Shown piece by piece: positions 52,980 to 64,000 of a DNA stretch of 64,000 nucleotides. The number at the start of each line of letters is the position of its first letter. Position 1 is the stretch's first letter. This DNA is from Takakia lepidozioides (taxonomy: Eukaryota; Plantae; Bryophyta): the NCBI GenBank assembly GCA_030704615.1, contig CM060733.1, forward strand, positions 930,001 through 994,000. The letters are read 5' to 3'. Under the pieces are notes generated by a model. It was not told the origin of the DNA, ran no database searches, and worked only from the letters and a program-made list of their open reading frames with translations. Made by a program: the position numbers and the translations under genes.

Positions 52980-55679
52980 CTAGTGCGGGAACCGGAACCG
53001 CCACTCACCCCCCGGTTCCAGTTACAAGCCAGTTCCTGGAAAAACCCGAACCTGCCGGTTCCGGTTCTGGAACCGGCTCGTCCCTGCTCCCCCGGTTCCG
53101 GTTCCAGTATCGGTTCCCAGGCACCGGAACCAGAACCGCCGGTTCCAACCCGCCTAAGCGGGTACCCGCACAACACTGGTACATATAGGCCCCACCAACA
53201 TTCTGTCCAAAGGATTACCTGCAGGCTGGTCTCCCCCATAGTTAAGAACTGGGCTGAAAACCAGAAAAGATTACCTGTAGGGGAATAATCCCCTTTGTTA
53301 AAACGCAACAGGGAGGCAATTCCGACTTTTCTGCCGGATCAGCTAGCTCAAAACCGTTGTTCTTCAGAGCCCAGCCTCCCCATCAAGGTCTACGAAACGA
53401 GTGAAAAAAGTTTTTTTTTTTTTTTTTTTTTTTTTTCCACTCTGCCTGTTCGCGGCCTTCCGTGGCTCCAACCGCCACTACTCCTCACGGCCCGCCCTAG
53501 GCACTCATTGGCCACGGGTTGCCCAGTGATACCCCATGGCACCACTCCCACGAGCCTTCACGGCCCGCCATCCCCACGATCTGGTCACCGTGCCCACCCG
53601 TTGTGTCCGCACCACGACTTCCAATGGTCACGGTCAACGGTCACGGTCAACCATCACAACCTGGGCTCGTGGTATCTCGTGATACCGCCCCAACGGCCCA
53701 TCACGGTCACTATTCCCTGCGTTCCCTTGAACTCCCAACAAGTCCCCATGCGTTCTCGAGGCGTTCCCGGCGTTCCCACGCGTTCCCGAGCTCTCCCATA
53801 GCTGGGGTTTGCTCCTGCACCTGCTGCCACCGAGCTATGGCTTCTGCGGAGCCATCAACCCCGTCGCCCTACACTCCTGAGCTCTCACAGCCCACTAGAA
53901 GTGCCTCCAACTCAACAAGCAAGCTATATGCTGCCCAACAAGCTCCCTTTTCTTCATGAAGCTCACAAAAACAAATCTGAAAATACACACTTTTACAAAC
54001 TTGGTGCACTTGCACTTCTCATGCATCTCCCTTGGCTCTAGGGCGCCTCGTTGCTGCCCTTCCAGCCCCGCTCTTGCCACTCCAAGAGCCCTTACACTGC
54101 TGAGTTTCAAATTGAAACTCCAATCAGCACATGCTTCACAAGTGCACTGATTTGCACACAAGAGGGACCAGCCCCATCTCTTCACTCATACTTCTTCATG
54201 AGCTTGGAGCTGAAGCTCCCAACGAGCTGCGATGCATCCCCTCGCAGCTCCACCATTCGGCTGCTCCTCATCTACCCGCAACAACTAGTTTCGAGCAGAA
54301 ATACCTGGAGCTGATCATATCATCTCCAACCTGCACCATGCTAGCTTCCCATGCGCAGCCTACATTCCTGCAGCTCCTTAACTTGGTCTGCAACTGAAGA
54401 AGACGACCACCAGTTCGTCCACTCGTGGCCAACATCTCCTCTGCTTCATACTAGAGGCCCAAACTTGGTTGTCATAGCGTTGAGCTATGCAACGCCGCTC
54501 TTCAACATAGGCTACCCGCTTCTCTATCCATTGCAAACCTGCAACGTGTTCGCCTTTGCACTCTATCCACTTTGGATAGGCTCATGCACGGATCCCTGCA
54601 CTCTAGGCTGAACCGCTTCTCATGAAAACACAAGTGCTACAAAACAACTCGAACCTCGCACTCACAGACTCGAGCTGATCTTTTTCAAGTGATAAAGAAA
54701 TGAATGATATAAGCACACAAGCTCTCTCAAACTCACATACCTGCACATGAAAACATCACTCATATATTAAGTCGAGCCAAGTGCATCCCACGCCATGGGG
54801 AACCCACACTACGGCGCCATAGCTAGACGCGATGAGGCTCAACTCGAGAAAGATGAGCCCACCGCGATCTGCCGTGAAGATAACAACGCCAGGTGCCCAA
54901 ACATGTATTGGCCCCTGGATTGACACTTGGGTCAAAACCAAATGCCAATATATAAAAGCTAGCTATTTCCTAGCTAACTTCACACTAGTGGTAAAATAAC
55001 TTGACAGAGTGACTCAGCAGCAGCAGCTGCTCAGTCACTCTCCCCCCCACCTTTTTTTTTGTTTTTTTTTCCTTGCCTCTCCCTCTCTTTCTCCTCTTTC
55101 CCTCTCTCTCCTTTTTTTTTTCACTCACCACAATAAAGAACTAACTAGGGAGGGAGAGGGAGAAAGAAAACCTACCTCTGCTGCTTCGGCGCCATGGCTG
55201 CTGCAAACGGCACGTCTCCTCGAACCTATGTTTGTTTCAATGTACGGGTGGTAGTCTAAGGTGCAATGTAAACGTGACTCTTCTGACGTTAATCCCTAAT
55301 CTGGACCATATTTGCAGCGGAAATCTACTGACACTGAACGCAACGCTCTCTCCCCCGCTCCCCCATGCCCCTCTCTCTCCTTCCACTTCCTTTGCGGACG
55401 CCTCTCCACGACGTTTCTGCCACACAGGAGAGAGAGAAGTTAGCAAGAGAGAAAGAGAGGAAGAGAGGAAAGAGACAAAACATACCTACGCAGCACGGCG
55501 TTCGAGCGGCAACAGCAGCTTGGGGCGAGTTCGTCTCCGCGTTGCGACCAACCGGGGCTACCTCTGCAGGTAAGCTTCCTCCACCCCAAGCCCCACAGTC
55601 CCACCTCTCTCTCTCCCAAAGAGCAAACAAAAATTGGGGGGGGGGAGAGCAGGTGCTTCAAGCACTTAGGAAAAACAAA

Positions 55680-55870
55680 ATGGCGCGGTGCCGACATGCC
55701 ACGCCCGGCCGTGGCACGCTGGCGCCGCGCCTTATTTTTGAATTTGAAAATGGGGGTTGCCACGGCCGGTCGTCGCAGCTTGACCCCCCTGTGTGGCAAC
55801 AACAAAAAAACGTGTCGCAAGATGCGACGCCGCGGCGTGGCAATGAGCAACGGCAGGGGGTGGCAACCCC
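55680..55870. repeat. Internal cluster of CACTA subterminal-type motifs
   Basis: TGCCACGCCCGGCCGTGGCA (~55697), GCCACGGCCGGTCGTCGC, GCGACGCCGCGGCGTGGC, as at 25.3-26.0 kb and 63.7-64.0 kb. Confidence 0.75.
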
Positions 55871-57621
55871 AACCTCCCCCTTGTTAGCTGGGCAACAGGG
55901 GGTTACTTTGTAGGTTTAGGGTTTAGGGCCTTTTGGGGTTTTCAGGGTTTTTAGGGATTTTTTTTTTGTTTGTTTGGTTCCCTTATGGTTATGGGCTAGG
56001 GTGTTTGTTTTTCTTTATGGTGCTAGGTTTTGGTTGTGGGTGTTGGGGTTCAAAGGATAAACGGTGTAATTATGATTCACACATCCAAAAAGTGGTTCAA
56101 TCTGATAAGCGCAAAGCGCTGGGTCTCAGTAAATTTTTCCATGATGTGGGCAACCCGAAGACAGAACGTGAGGAAGGATTTATTGTCTTGGGTTCTCTCA
56201 CCAGAGGGATGCTCCACCTTTGTTTATCAATTTTGAAATTCCTGAGGCTGAGGCAAAGGCTCAAGCCCTTGGGCAATGTGGGACTGGTCTTTTTGGGATT
56301 TTTTTCTTTTTTCTTTCCAATATTTTTTTGATATTGGGTTTTGGAGTTTGAATTTGTGAGGGTCGCTACGGCCTCCCAGCGATGGGGCGTAGTGACCCCT
56401 TGCTGTCGTAGGGTGGAAAAGGGACATAGGGTTTTTTCTTTTTCTGCCAACGGGTTTTGAGAAATGAAAGTGGGGGTGGTGTGTGTTAATTAGGATGCGA
56501 TGGTGAGGAAACATCGACCCGTCTCCCTCGAGGATGGGCAGGCGGTGCCACAAATTGAAACCATAACGCCTACGATACCTACGATACCCCTCGACCCTAC
56601 ACATCTCATCTACGTGGTGCTGGGTGAACCAACTGGTCACATGGGGCACAGGCTCTGGCACGAATTCTGCAAGCAGACTGGCGCGAAATGCCTCCCGTGC
56701 AATGTGATTGCGAGCTTGGGCATCAAGTCGTGGCTGCAATATGCGTAGTATACGACGCATCAATACTTATATCGTAATTTGGTTTCATGTATGCTTATCA
56801 ATCATACTATATTATTAGATATACCAAATGTAATATGAATGAGGGTTAATGAGAGGGGGTGGAAAAAGACTCACCTTTGCCGCATCGGCAATCAAGTTCA
56901 TCGCGTAATATTTTTCGACAATATGCGGTCGACGCCTCGGTGGTCTGGTGCCGCCCGGCGGTATCCGTGCCCAACACTTAGTGCACCAACACTCAATCCT
57001 GTCGGGAGGGGGGTCAAAGGTGGACGTGCGTGGGCGTTGTGTCTCTAGACTAGCAAGGCTCTCACCACTGGGTGGTCCGCGAGGGGGCAACCCGCGGCGC
57101 GCCCGACTCGATCCCGGAGTGTCAACACCTCCGCATCACCTAAAATTTGATCCCGGTCCCTTCTACGATTGTGTCCGCCAGCCTGTATTGGATCAGGTGC
57201 AACGGATCGCTCCTGACCAGGAAACACGGTTGGAATTGGGCGGCGAGCAGGCCTACCCCCCCCTCCGCTTTCCTCAGGCGGTCCCCCTGATCCAGAGTCC
57301 TCATCTGATGATTCTCCCCGCCGTATATGTTGTAGCAGCTTGTAGGCCGATTGTGCCCCCCCCTCCCCCCCCTCCGTTTGTTTCTTTGCCTGATCCACGT
57401 CCGGTAATACCTGATCCGGACGTTGTACCCCCGGCTGTGCCTCCGGCATCACATCCTCAACCACCTCCAAAGTTGCTGGAACATACATTTGGTGGCAGAC
57501 TCTTTTTCTCCCTCTCCCTGGCCCCCTTGAAGACTAGAAATACTAAGGCTGCCTACCTAGGTTTCCTCCCCTTCGGCTTGGGCAGCCTGAGCCGGATCCT
57601 CGCCCTCGATGGGAAGCGCAT

Positions 57622-58287
57622 ATGACTATGTTACTGAGGACCGTCCAACCTCGTTGCTGGGGGAATCATCTCGACCCTCCTACCCCCATCCGAGAGAATG
57701 TGGAGTTCGAGTATTGGGGTAGACGATATGTTGTGAGAGCCACTACTGACCCTGCTATGGGTCGGGGTTTATTCACGGTCAATGATATTGTGGTTCCTCC
57801 TCGGAGAAACAACATGGTGGACTTGTTTCCCTACTACGGTCCATACTACACCTCCGCGGAGTTCCGTACATTACGCCTCGAAGCCCCATACATCCTACCC
57901 TACATTTTGTGTGTCAACGGACAAGATGTACGTAGACGGGGGTTGTCTCCCATTGAGATCAGATTTTGTGATGGTGACCCCGATATCTTTGGCAATGTTG
58001 TTGGGCTCATCAACAGTTCTTTTGGTCATCCTAGGAGAACCAATGTAGTAAGGGACGAGCGAAGCGATGGGCATGAGAGCTTTTGTGGTCATATGTCGGT
58101 ATATTGTGAGGGGATGCACATGTTTGTCATGACATGTGCTAGTAGGACTATTACGCCTGGCAGCGAGCTATTTGCCTCATACGAGTTCTCCCGAGATGAT
58201 TGGGACCTCCAGTTACAGCATGAATGGGATGTATATGGTAGAAATAGGGTTCATTTGAGACAGGGATCGCGTAGAGGGACATTGTAG
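57622..58287 (+). CDS. SET-domain protein (putative lysine methyltransferase-like), intronless, inside the CACTA element
   Basis: SET motifs in canonical order: MGRGLFTVNDI, LFPYYG, YIL, DGD...GNVVGLINSS....N (NHS-like), CASRTITPGSELFASY; no post-SET cysteines. Confidence 0.8.
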   Translation: MTMLLRTVQPRCWGNHLDPPTPIRENVEFEYWGRRYVVRATTDPAMGRGLFTVNDIVVPPRRNNMVDLFPYYGPYYTSAEFRTLRLEAPYILPYILCVNGQDVRRRGLSPIEIRFCDGDPDIFGNVVGLINSSFGHPRRTNVVRDERSDGHESFCGHMSVYCEGMHMFVMTCASRTITPGSELFASYEFSRDDWDLQLQHEWDVYGRNRVHLRQGSRRGTL

Positions 58288-58489
58288 ATATTCTCATGAT
58301 GTACTTTGTATACATCCGATTAATCGATTGATGTAAATATTTTTTCTATTGCTCGTGTGGGTTGCAACTTTGCATATGTGATCTGAACATACTTATGCAC
58401 ATGTGGACCAAATATGAGCTTGAACCAATCAATGGGTCATTCTAGTGTTGAACGCAGCTACGTGTCGTAGAGACGGAAAATTGCGTTTC

Positions 58490-59030
58490 GCCTGCACATG
58501 ATTTTTTTTTTATTCCATTTTCCAAGCCATATGCTTAATGATAGCATATGCAATGTGTGTGCAAAATTTGGGAGTAAACAAAAGTCATTTGGACCCAAAA
58601 CCATATTTTGTTCTCTCATTTGTATTCCAAAGTTGAGTTATCTTCAACTTCATGCATTCTTCATAGAGAATTCTGCAAAAGTGACCCTAGAAACACACTT
58701 ATTTTTTTTCCATTTTTTTTTTGTCCAATTGTTTGCATGGACGTAGTGGTGCAAACCCCGATGTCACAGAACAAAATAAAGCCAAAAATAAAATCATTAC
58801 CCACCTCAAAACTGCAATCATATATTTTTCTAAATGTAAATATTCATTTTAAATTCTTTTAAATTCTTTTAAATTCGATTTAATTCAAAATTGGTTCAAG
58901 GGTGAGTGCGTCGTTGGGGAGGCGAATGTTTTTTTTTTTTTTTTTGCTGGATCTTTGCACGTGTGTTGCACACATATTTAAGCACATGTGGGAAAAATTG
59001 AAGCTTGAGCCACATCCGTTTGATGGGTGC
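58490..59030. repeat. Diverged single copy of part of the 1-kb repeat unit
   Basis: TGCACATGATTTTTTTT...GCATATGCAA...AAAAGTCATT..GACCCAAAACC...TTCATAGAGAATTCTGCAA matches 34583-34770 and its sister units. Confidence 0.8.
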
Positions 59031-59282
59031 AATGGCATGAAAGGATTTTCTTTCACATTAAAAACTGGTTGATATGGTGAACGCGTCCTTGGGGGGGCAA
59101 ATGATCTTGTTTGGGTTTGAAACTTTGCATGCGTGACGTTGTGCAAATACATGTAATTATTGAATGACATATTTGGTGCATGCACACATTGAAGGTTGTT
59201 GTTTGCATTTCGCTTATAATAAGTTGTATGGTTGCAATGACACATTATAATATATGCCCGTATGTTCATTTGTTCGTATCAG

Positions 59283-62200
59283 GACTTTGTCCATCCCTTC
59301 CCGATGCTTTCTTGGGGGACCCCATCCAAAAACAACCCAAGTACATTAGGTGGGAGTTGTGGGCGAGACGCTGCCCCGACCGACGATCAAGTACCGAAGG
59401 ATGATGACGATGACAGTGACATTGATAGCAACAGTGATGATGGAATTAGCCAGGAGGATGTGCAAGCTATGAAGGATCTCTTAATGCATCATATAGGCGC
59501 TGATGCAACCCATGGAGAAGAAACCAGGCCAATCGCTGATCCTGAAATGGGCCCCTCAAATGACATGGAGAGGAAGGCGAGAACTCCCTTGTACAAAGAG
59601 GCGAAAGTGAGTCGATTTTCAACAATCTTATTATTGCTCAATCTTCAAGTTCGATTTGGCATAAGTAATGTTGGGATGTCTGCCATAATGCGAACTATTG
59701 CGAACTATATCCTTGCTCCACACGGTCGCGGAAAGAGGTGCGCGAAGTGTTGGACTCCGTGGGGATGGGCTATAAGATTTTTCATGCATGTCCATGTGAT
59801 AAAACCTTATACTACGGAGAGGATTCGCATCTCACCAAGTGCCCAAAGTGCAAGGAAGACTGATATCGAGATGATGTCCAAGGGAAAAAAGTACCACGCA
59901 AGGTATAAGCGTCATTCCCCCTCGCATGAAAATTTTCTTCTTTAATCTTGTCAATGCATGTCAAGTATATTCCACAAAGTTTGGGGTTTAGAGAGTAGTA
60001 CTCATGTAAGATCTGATTGTGGCTTTGGAAGGAGTGAGTAATACTAGCAACGTTCGGTTTTGACCATTCACGCCCAAATGAGAGAGAGGCTGTATAAAAG
60101 GAAAGACATAAGGGTGTTGTATTATGTGTCATAATGGGATGATTATATGTGGGGGACGTGGGGTATTTCATCTTAGAAAATGCATTACTTTCCGTTCCTC
60201 ACGCGATTGAAGGCACACCACTAAAGCCCGGAGTTGGCAACACTGATGAGATGACACGCCTCGCATCGGAGCCCCCCGGGAAAGGTGTGCAGGCCACAAG
60301 ATTCACAAGCATGGAGGCATACTGAAGAGATGTGGCCTTTTCTCTTGGAGGACCCACCATATGTCCGTCTCGGCTTCTCCACAACACCCCTCCGTATCTT
60401 TCAATAAAAAAAGACTATATCATGTTGGCTGCCATTGTACCAGGTGAGTGTTCCCATTTCATGCTTATTATTCCCTTGGACTTTACATTAATCTTATGAT
60501 CTCTAGCGCAATTCGGATGCAAGATTGATGAGTGACATAATCATGGAGTAAGACGTGTAATTCATTATGTAGTATAATTTGTACATTGGTGGAGCATTGA
60601 AACAATGATGTGAATGTCTCATAGGGAAAAAACAAGTGGCAAACATGGACACGTACTTGCGACCTCTAGTTGATGAACTTAAGGAGCTATGGAGGGGGGT
60701 CCCAGCATTGGATGCTTCACTTGACCCTATGGCCGGACAATCTTTTCAAATGAGAGACATATTGCTTTGGACAATGCATGATTATCCAGGTAAATTATGT
60801 TCCCCATGAAGAACCCGCATACATTTACTTGTTAAGGCCAAATAGTCTTGTCAAGGTGACAGTCTTGTGCACCGTAGTGGGGTAGATGGCACTATGGGCC
60901 ATGCACATGAAAACTTCTTGTCTTGGCTAATGTGGCGGGATGTGTACAGGACTAACTGTTTGCTCCGGGCTAAGCACCTACCATGTGTACTTACATTGTG
61001 GCGATGATCTTGATGCACATAGCTCCCGCCATCTTCGCAAGATGGTGTATCCCAACTACCGTAAGTTTCTTCCTATGAGCCATTGATGGAGAAGAAGAGA
61101 TAAACACTTGTTTGATGGAAAAGAGGAGGTATGTCCCCCCCCTGTGACACCATCCGGGCAGTTTTGGGAAGACCGATGGAAGGAGGCCCATACGGGCATG
61201 GTCGGTGAAGTGGACGTGCCCGACATGAAGCGACTTTCAATCTTCTACGAGTTGACATATTGGGCGGTACGTATTCCACAAAAACACCGTCAATATCCCT
61301 ATGCATGCATGTGATATTGCACATTTGGTATGCGTTGCATTGTCACTTTCACGTCAAAAAATTTGTGTAAGTATTTGTGGGTGGGGATATATATTGGACC
61401 TGAAGATTTGCCATCTTCTAGATCCTATGCATATTGAGAAGAATGTCTGCTCGTCTTTTTTTCAGGTTCTTCATGGCACGCCGGCAAAGAAGGGAGTGGC
61501 TGCAAAATGAGATTCTCTCGGTGTTAGAAAGGAGCTTGAGGAGCAGGGTCGCATGCGCCATGTAGGGGCCGAGCAAAATGGTGTGGAACCAAAGGGTGTT
61601 GTACGGTGGAAGTATAGGCGCGTACCTTGACAATGGACAAAGAAGGAATACAAGAATATGATAGCCACCATAGGTGCTGTCCGAACACCAACTGGTTATG
61701 GGTCATCCCTCCGTATGAAGTTCAACGAAGACGGGGTCCATGGTTTGAAGTCTCATGACTACCACAATATTTTGCAAGACATCTTGCCCATTGTAGTACG
61801 TGGGACATTGACGCCCGAGGTCCGCGAGACAATCTACAGATTGGGAGGCTTGTTCCGGTGGATTTGCTCCAAAGAGTTGGATGAAGCGGATTTTCCACGC
61901 ATGAAGAAGGAGATGGCGGAGATAATGTGTATGTTGGAGATGAACCTTCCTCCTTCCTTCTTTGATATCCAAGTGCACTTGGTAGTGCACTTAGTGGAAG
62001 AGGCTTCGATTGCCAGCTCCTTTCCTTGGGCGTTACATGAAGATTTTGAAAGCATTTGTAAGACAAATGGCGCACCCGGAGGGTAGCATGGCGGAGGGGT
62101 ATACATTGCAAGAAGCTATGTTCTATTGCATGGAGTATATGGCAAGGGTGGATGAGGAAGCCCCTCGGATGTTGAAGGAAGAGGAGGATGCACGAACCAA

Positions 62201-63365
62201 TGACATCGTTTTGCCCAAAAAATCGAAGAGGGTAAAATTGCCGACTTAATTATTGAGCGAGCGCATGACTTCATATTAAAGAACACCCCATCCATACATG
62301 AGTGGGAGGCAAGATACAATAACCTTGTTCAACAACGAGAGGAGGAGACGCTTGCATGGAGGCGGAACGATCCAAGGCCGGTTACTAGACGCCGTCGACG
62401 AGGAGCGGGCCGCCGGAATGTTCCTTCATAAGATTTGCTAGTGGAATTGCAGCTTCTAAGTTCATTCCAACAGTGGCTCAAGATTTCAGTTTATGACGCC
62501 GTTTCTCAAGGTGAGGTGGTTTCAGATATGGTGCAAGACCTTGCAAGGAGCCCATCTCAATTCGCGACCTCATACACGGCGGTTTGGGATCACGGTCGTC
62601 ATTTCCGCATTCGTGCTCTTGACATGAAGCGCAAAACAACGTTTGATTCTGGCTTGTGTGCCATATATTGGCAAGACTTCGTGTGGGGTAAGGGAGATAC
62701 ACGACCTGCTATGAGCAAACTTGAGTACATTGGAGAGCTTGAGAGTATACTCCAACTTCAGTATACAAGGTACCGGCCTCTTCTCTTCAAGGGAAGGTGG
62801 TTCTAGCCACATCTTGTGGGGCCCTCCGCAACACTAATGCGAGATGATTGTGGTTTCATGTGCGTCAATGCAGATAGGCTCAACCCTACTCATTGTCCCT
62901 CCAATGAGCCTTTTGCATTTCCTTCAGACATGGAGCAAGTTTTCTTTTCCGGTGACAAAACAAGAGGGGGAAATTGGAAGGTGGTTGTGCATGCTCAGCC
63001 AAGAGGAAGACGTTTCTATCATGGTCTCCGGATCTCCACGGGGTGAGGCAATTACGGTGGAGGGACGGACTGGTCATAATGATGCTGATGATGGAGGCTG
63101 GGTAGAGGGGGTAGAAGAGGATGATGACGCCCCGGAGAATGCATCCCGGACCCTATATGATGAAGCTTCAGAAGATACGGATGTTGGACAAGGAGATGAA
63201 GACACGACAATTGACAACGAGGTGGAGGATGATTCAGAGGTGTCTTTTGAGGGCCGGGCCATTATGACGATGACTCCGATGACCACTTGTAGCTTGATGA
63301 GGATGAAGAAGCTTCGGATGATGATGATGTTCAAGTTGATTAGACACATAATCAAAGCTATATAA
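59283..63365 (+). pseudogene. CACTA/EnSpm TnpD-type transposase (Transposase_21, DUF4218, DUF4216 regions), multi-exon, disrupted
   Basis: TPLYK, HACPCD..LY...CPKC, DTYLRPLVDELKELW, LLWTMHDYPG, LDPMHIEKNV, GLKSHDYH, LPPSFFDIQVHLVVHL, HPEGSMAEGY, LFKGRWF, EPFAFPSDMEQVFF. GT-AG introns (e.g. donors ~59903, 60444, 60790); stops (e.g. 59861, 62804) and frameshifts. Confidence 0.93.
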
Positions 63366-63459
63366 TAATTCTCGCACCGAACTGTACCCATCCCTTCGAT
63401 TGATTGTACATGTACATGCATATTGTAGCTTATTTCTATGATTCATCAATGGTCTTGCA

Positions 63460-63463
<4 letters not shown>

Positions 63464-63511
<48 letters not shown>
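63464..63511. repeat. (CT)n microsatellite
   Basis: Direct reading. Confidence 0.9.
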
Positions 63512-63514
<3 letters not shown>

Positions 63515-63674
63515 AAACAAATCTATTAACAACCAAGAGAGAGAGGGAGAGAGGGAAAGGGGAGAGAGAGGGGGGGCAAAGAAAGAAAAACAGAGAGGTG
63601 CCCCCCCCCCCCCAGAGTCCCTTCCCCCGTCCCCACCCCATCTCCTTGCCCCTTAACTCAAAGAAAAAGACCGC

Positions 63675-64000
63675 CCCCCTTGCCACCCCCCGCCGTGGCA
63701 AGCCTAAAAAACCCGTTACAATACCCCCTTGCCACGCCCGGCCGTCGCAGAGGCCTTTTCCCCCTTCAAGCCACCTTGCCATGCCCGAGCGTGGCAAGTG
63801 GGGCCACCCCCCTTTGCGACGGCTAGGTGTGGCAAGAAAGGGCTACCTCTTGCCCTTGAGGCCACCTTGCCACGTCCCGGCGTCGCAGGATGATCCCGGC
63901 GCTGGGGGGCGACACCTGGGCGCTGGGTTGCCACGCGACGGCGTCACAAGCAGCGCCGGCGTCGCACGCTCAGCGCCGCGCGGGGCGGATGCCGTCACTA
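63675..64000. repeat. Right subterminal repeat region of the CACTA element
   Basis: TTGCCACGCCCGGCCGTCGC and related motifs; CGTGGCAAGCCTAAAAAA is shared with ~25910. Confidence 0.8.

Larger units (their letters stand above)
47916..53178 (-). mobile_element. Complete hAT DNA transposon, 5263 bp
   Basis: TIRs CAGTGTCGTGCGG / CCGCACAACACTG (12/13 match), perfect 8-bp TSD GTACATAT (47908-47915 and 53179-53186), GGTTCC/GGAACC subterminal repeats at both ends. Confidence 0.96.
47392..54984 (-). mobile_element. Candidate 5' LTR (~2.3 kb net) of the gypsy-like element, split by the hAT insertion
   Basis: On the minus strand the segment starts TGTGAAG (54984) and ends CCCA (47392), directly upstream of gag. 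There is no second LTR to confirm the boundaries. Confidence 0.4.
25300..64000. mobile_element. Giant CACTA (EnSpm) element or nest of related CACTA elements; right terminus just beyond the window
   Basis: Left terminus CACTACAGGAAAAGGGGGGGGGTAGTGACG at 25300. The window ends in CGTCACTA, the reverse complement of TAGTGACG. The same subterminal motifs occur at both ends, a CACTA transposase lies at 59.3-63.4 kb, and internal segments are cross-homologous. Confidence 0.7.

Noticed and set aside
50714-53308. ORFs in the hAT internal and subterminal repeats
   Set aside because: Derived from the ~310-bp tandem repeats, GGTTCC repeats and a poly-A run; not protein-like.
41160-55930. Telomere or chromosome-end interpretation of the TTAGGG/TTTAGGG motifs
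   Set aside because: Only 1-3 imperfect units occur per site; these are interstitial telo-box-like motifs.
57622-58287. SETMAR-like SET-transposase fusion
   Set aside because: The SET ORF has its own stop ~1 kb before the first recognisable transposase exon. A spliced fusion cannot be excluded without transcripts but is not supported here.

Overview
Eukaryotic, land-plant-like genomic DNA (spliceosomal introns, plant-type genes, telo-box motifs; lineage not determinable from this window). The first ~18 kb holds two intact minus-strand host genes among MITE/LINE debris: mitochondrial ATP synthase subunit g (2 exons, 122 aa) and an NF-X1-type zinc-finger gene (NFXL1-like, ~1405 aa, one GC-AG intron). 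19-25 kb is transposon debris (Helitron-like ends, hAT and PIF/Harbinger remnants). From 25300 to the window end the sequence reads as one very large (>=38.7 kb) CACTA/EnSpm-type element or a nest of related ones. It has a CACTA terminus at 25300, GC-rich palindromic subterminal repeats at both ends, a decayed TnpD-type transposase (59.3-63.4 kb) and a possible TnpA-like gene (26.3-28.5 kb). It also holds several tandem arrays (hairpin minisatellite, ~190 bp, ~1 kb and ~2.3 kb units), a truncated Ty3/gypsy-like element and a complete 5.26-kb hAT element with 8-bp TSD. The most notable item is an uninterrupted, intronless SET-domain ORF (57622-58287) about 1 kb upstream of the CACTA transposase, a candidate transposon-borne chromatin modifier. 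All calls come from reading the sequence by eye; no database search was run.
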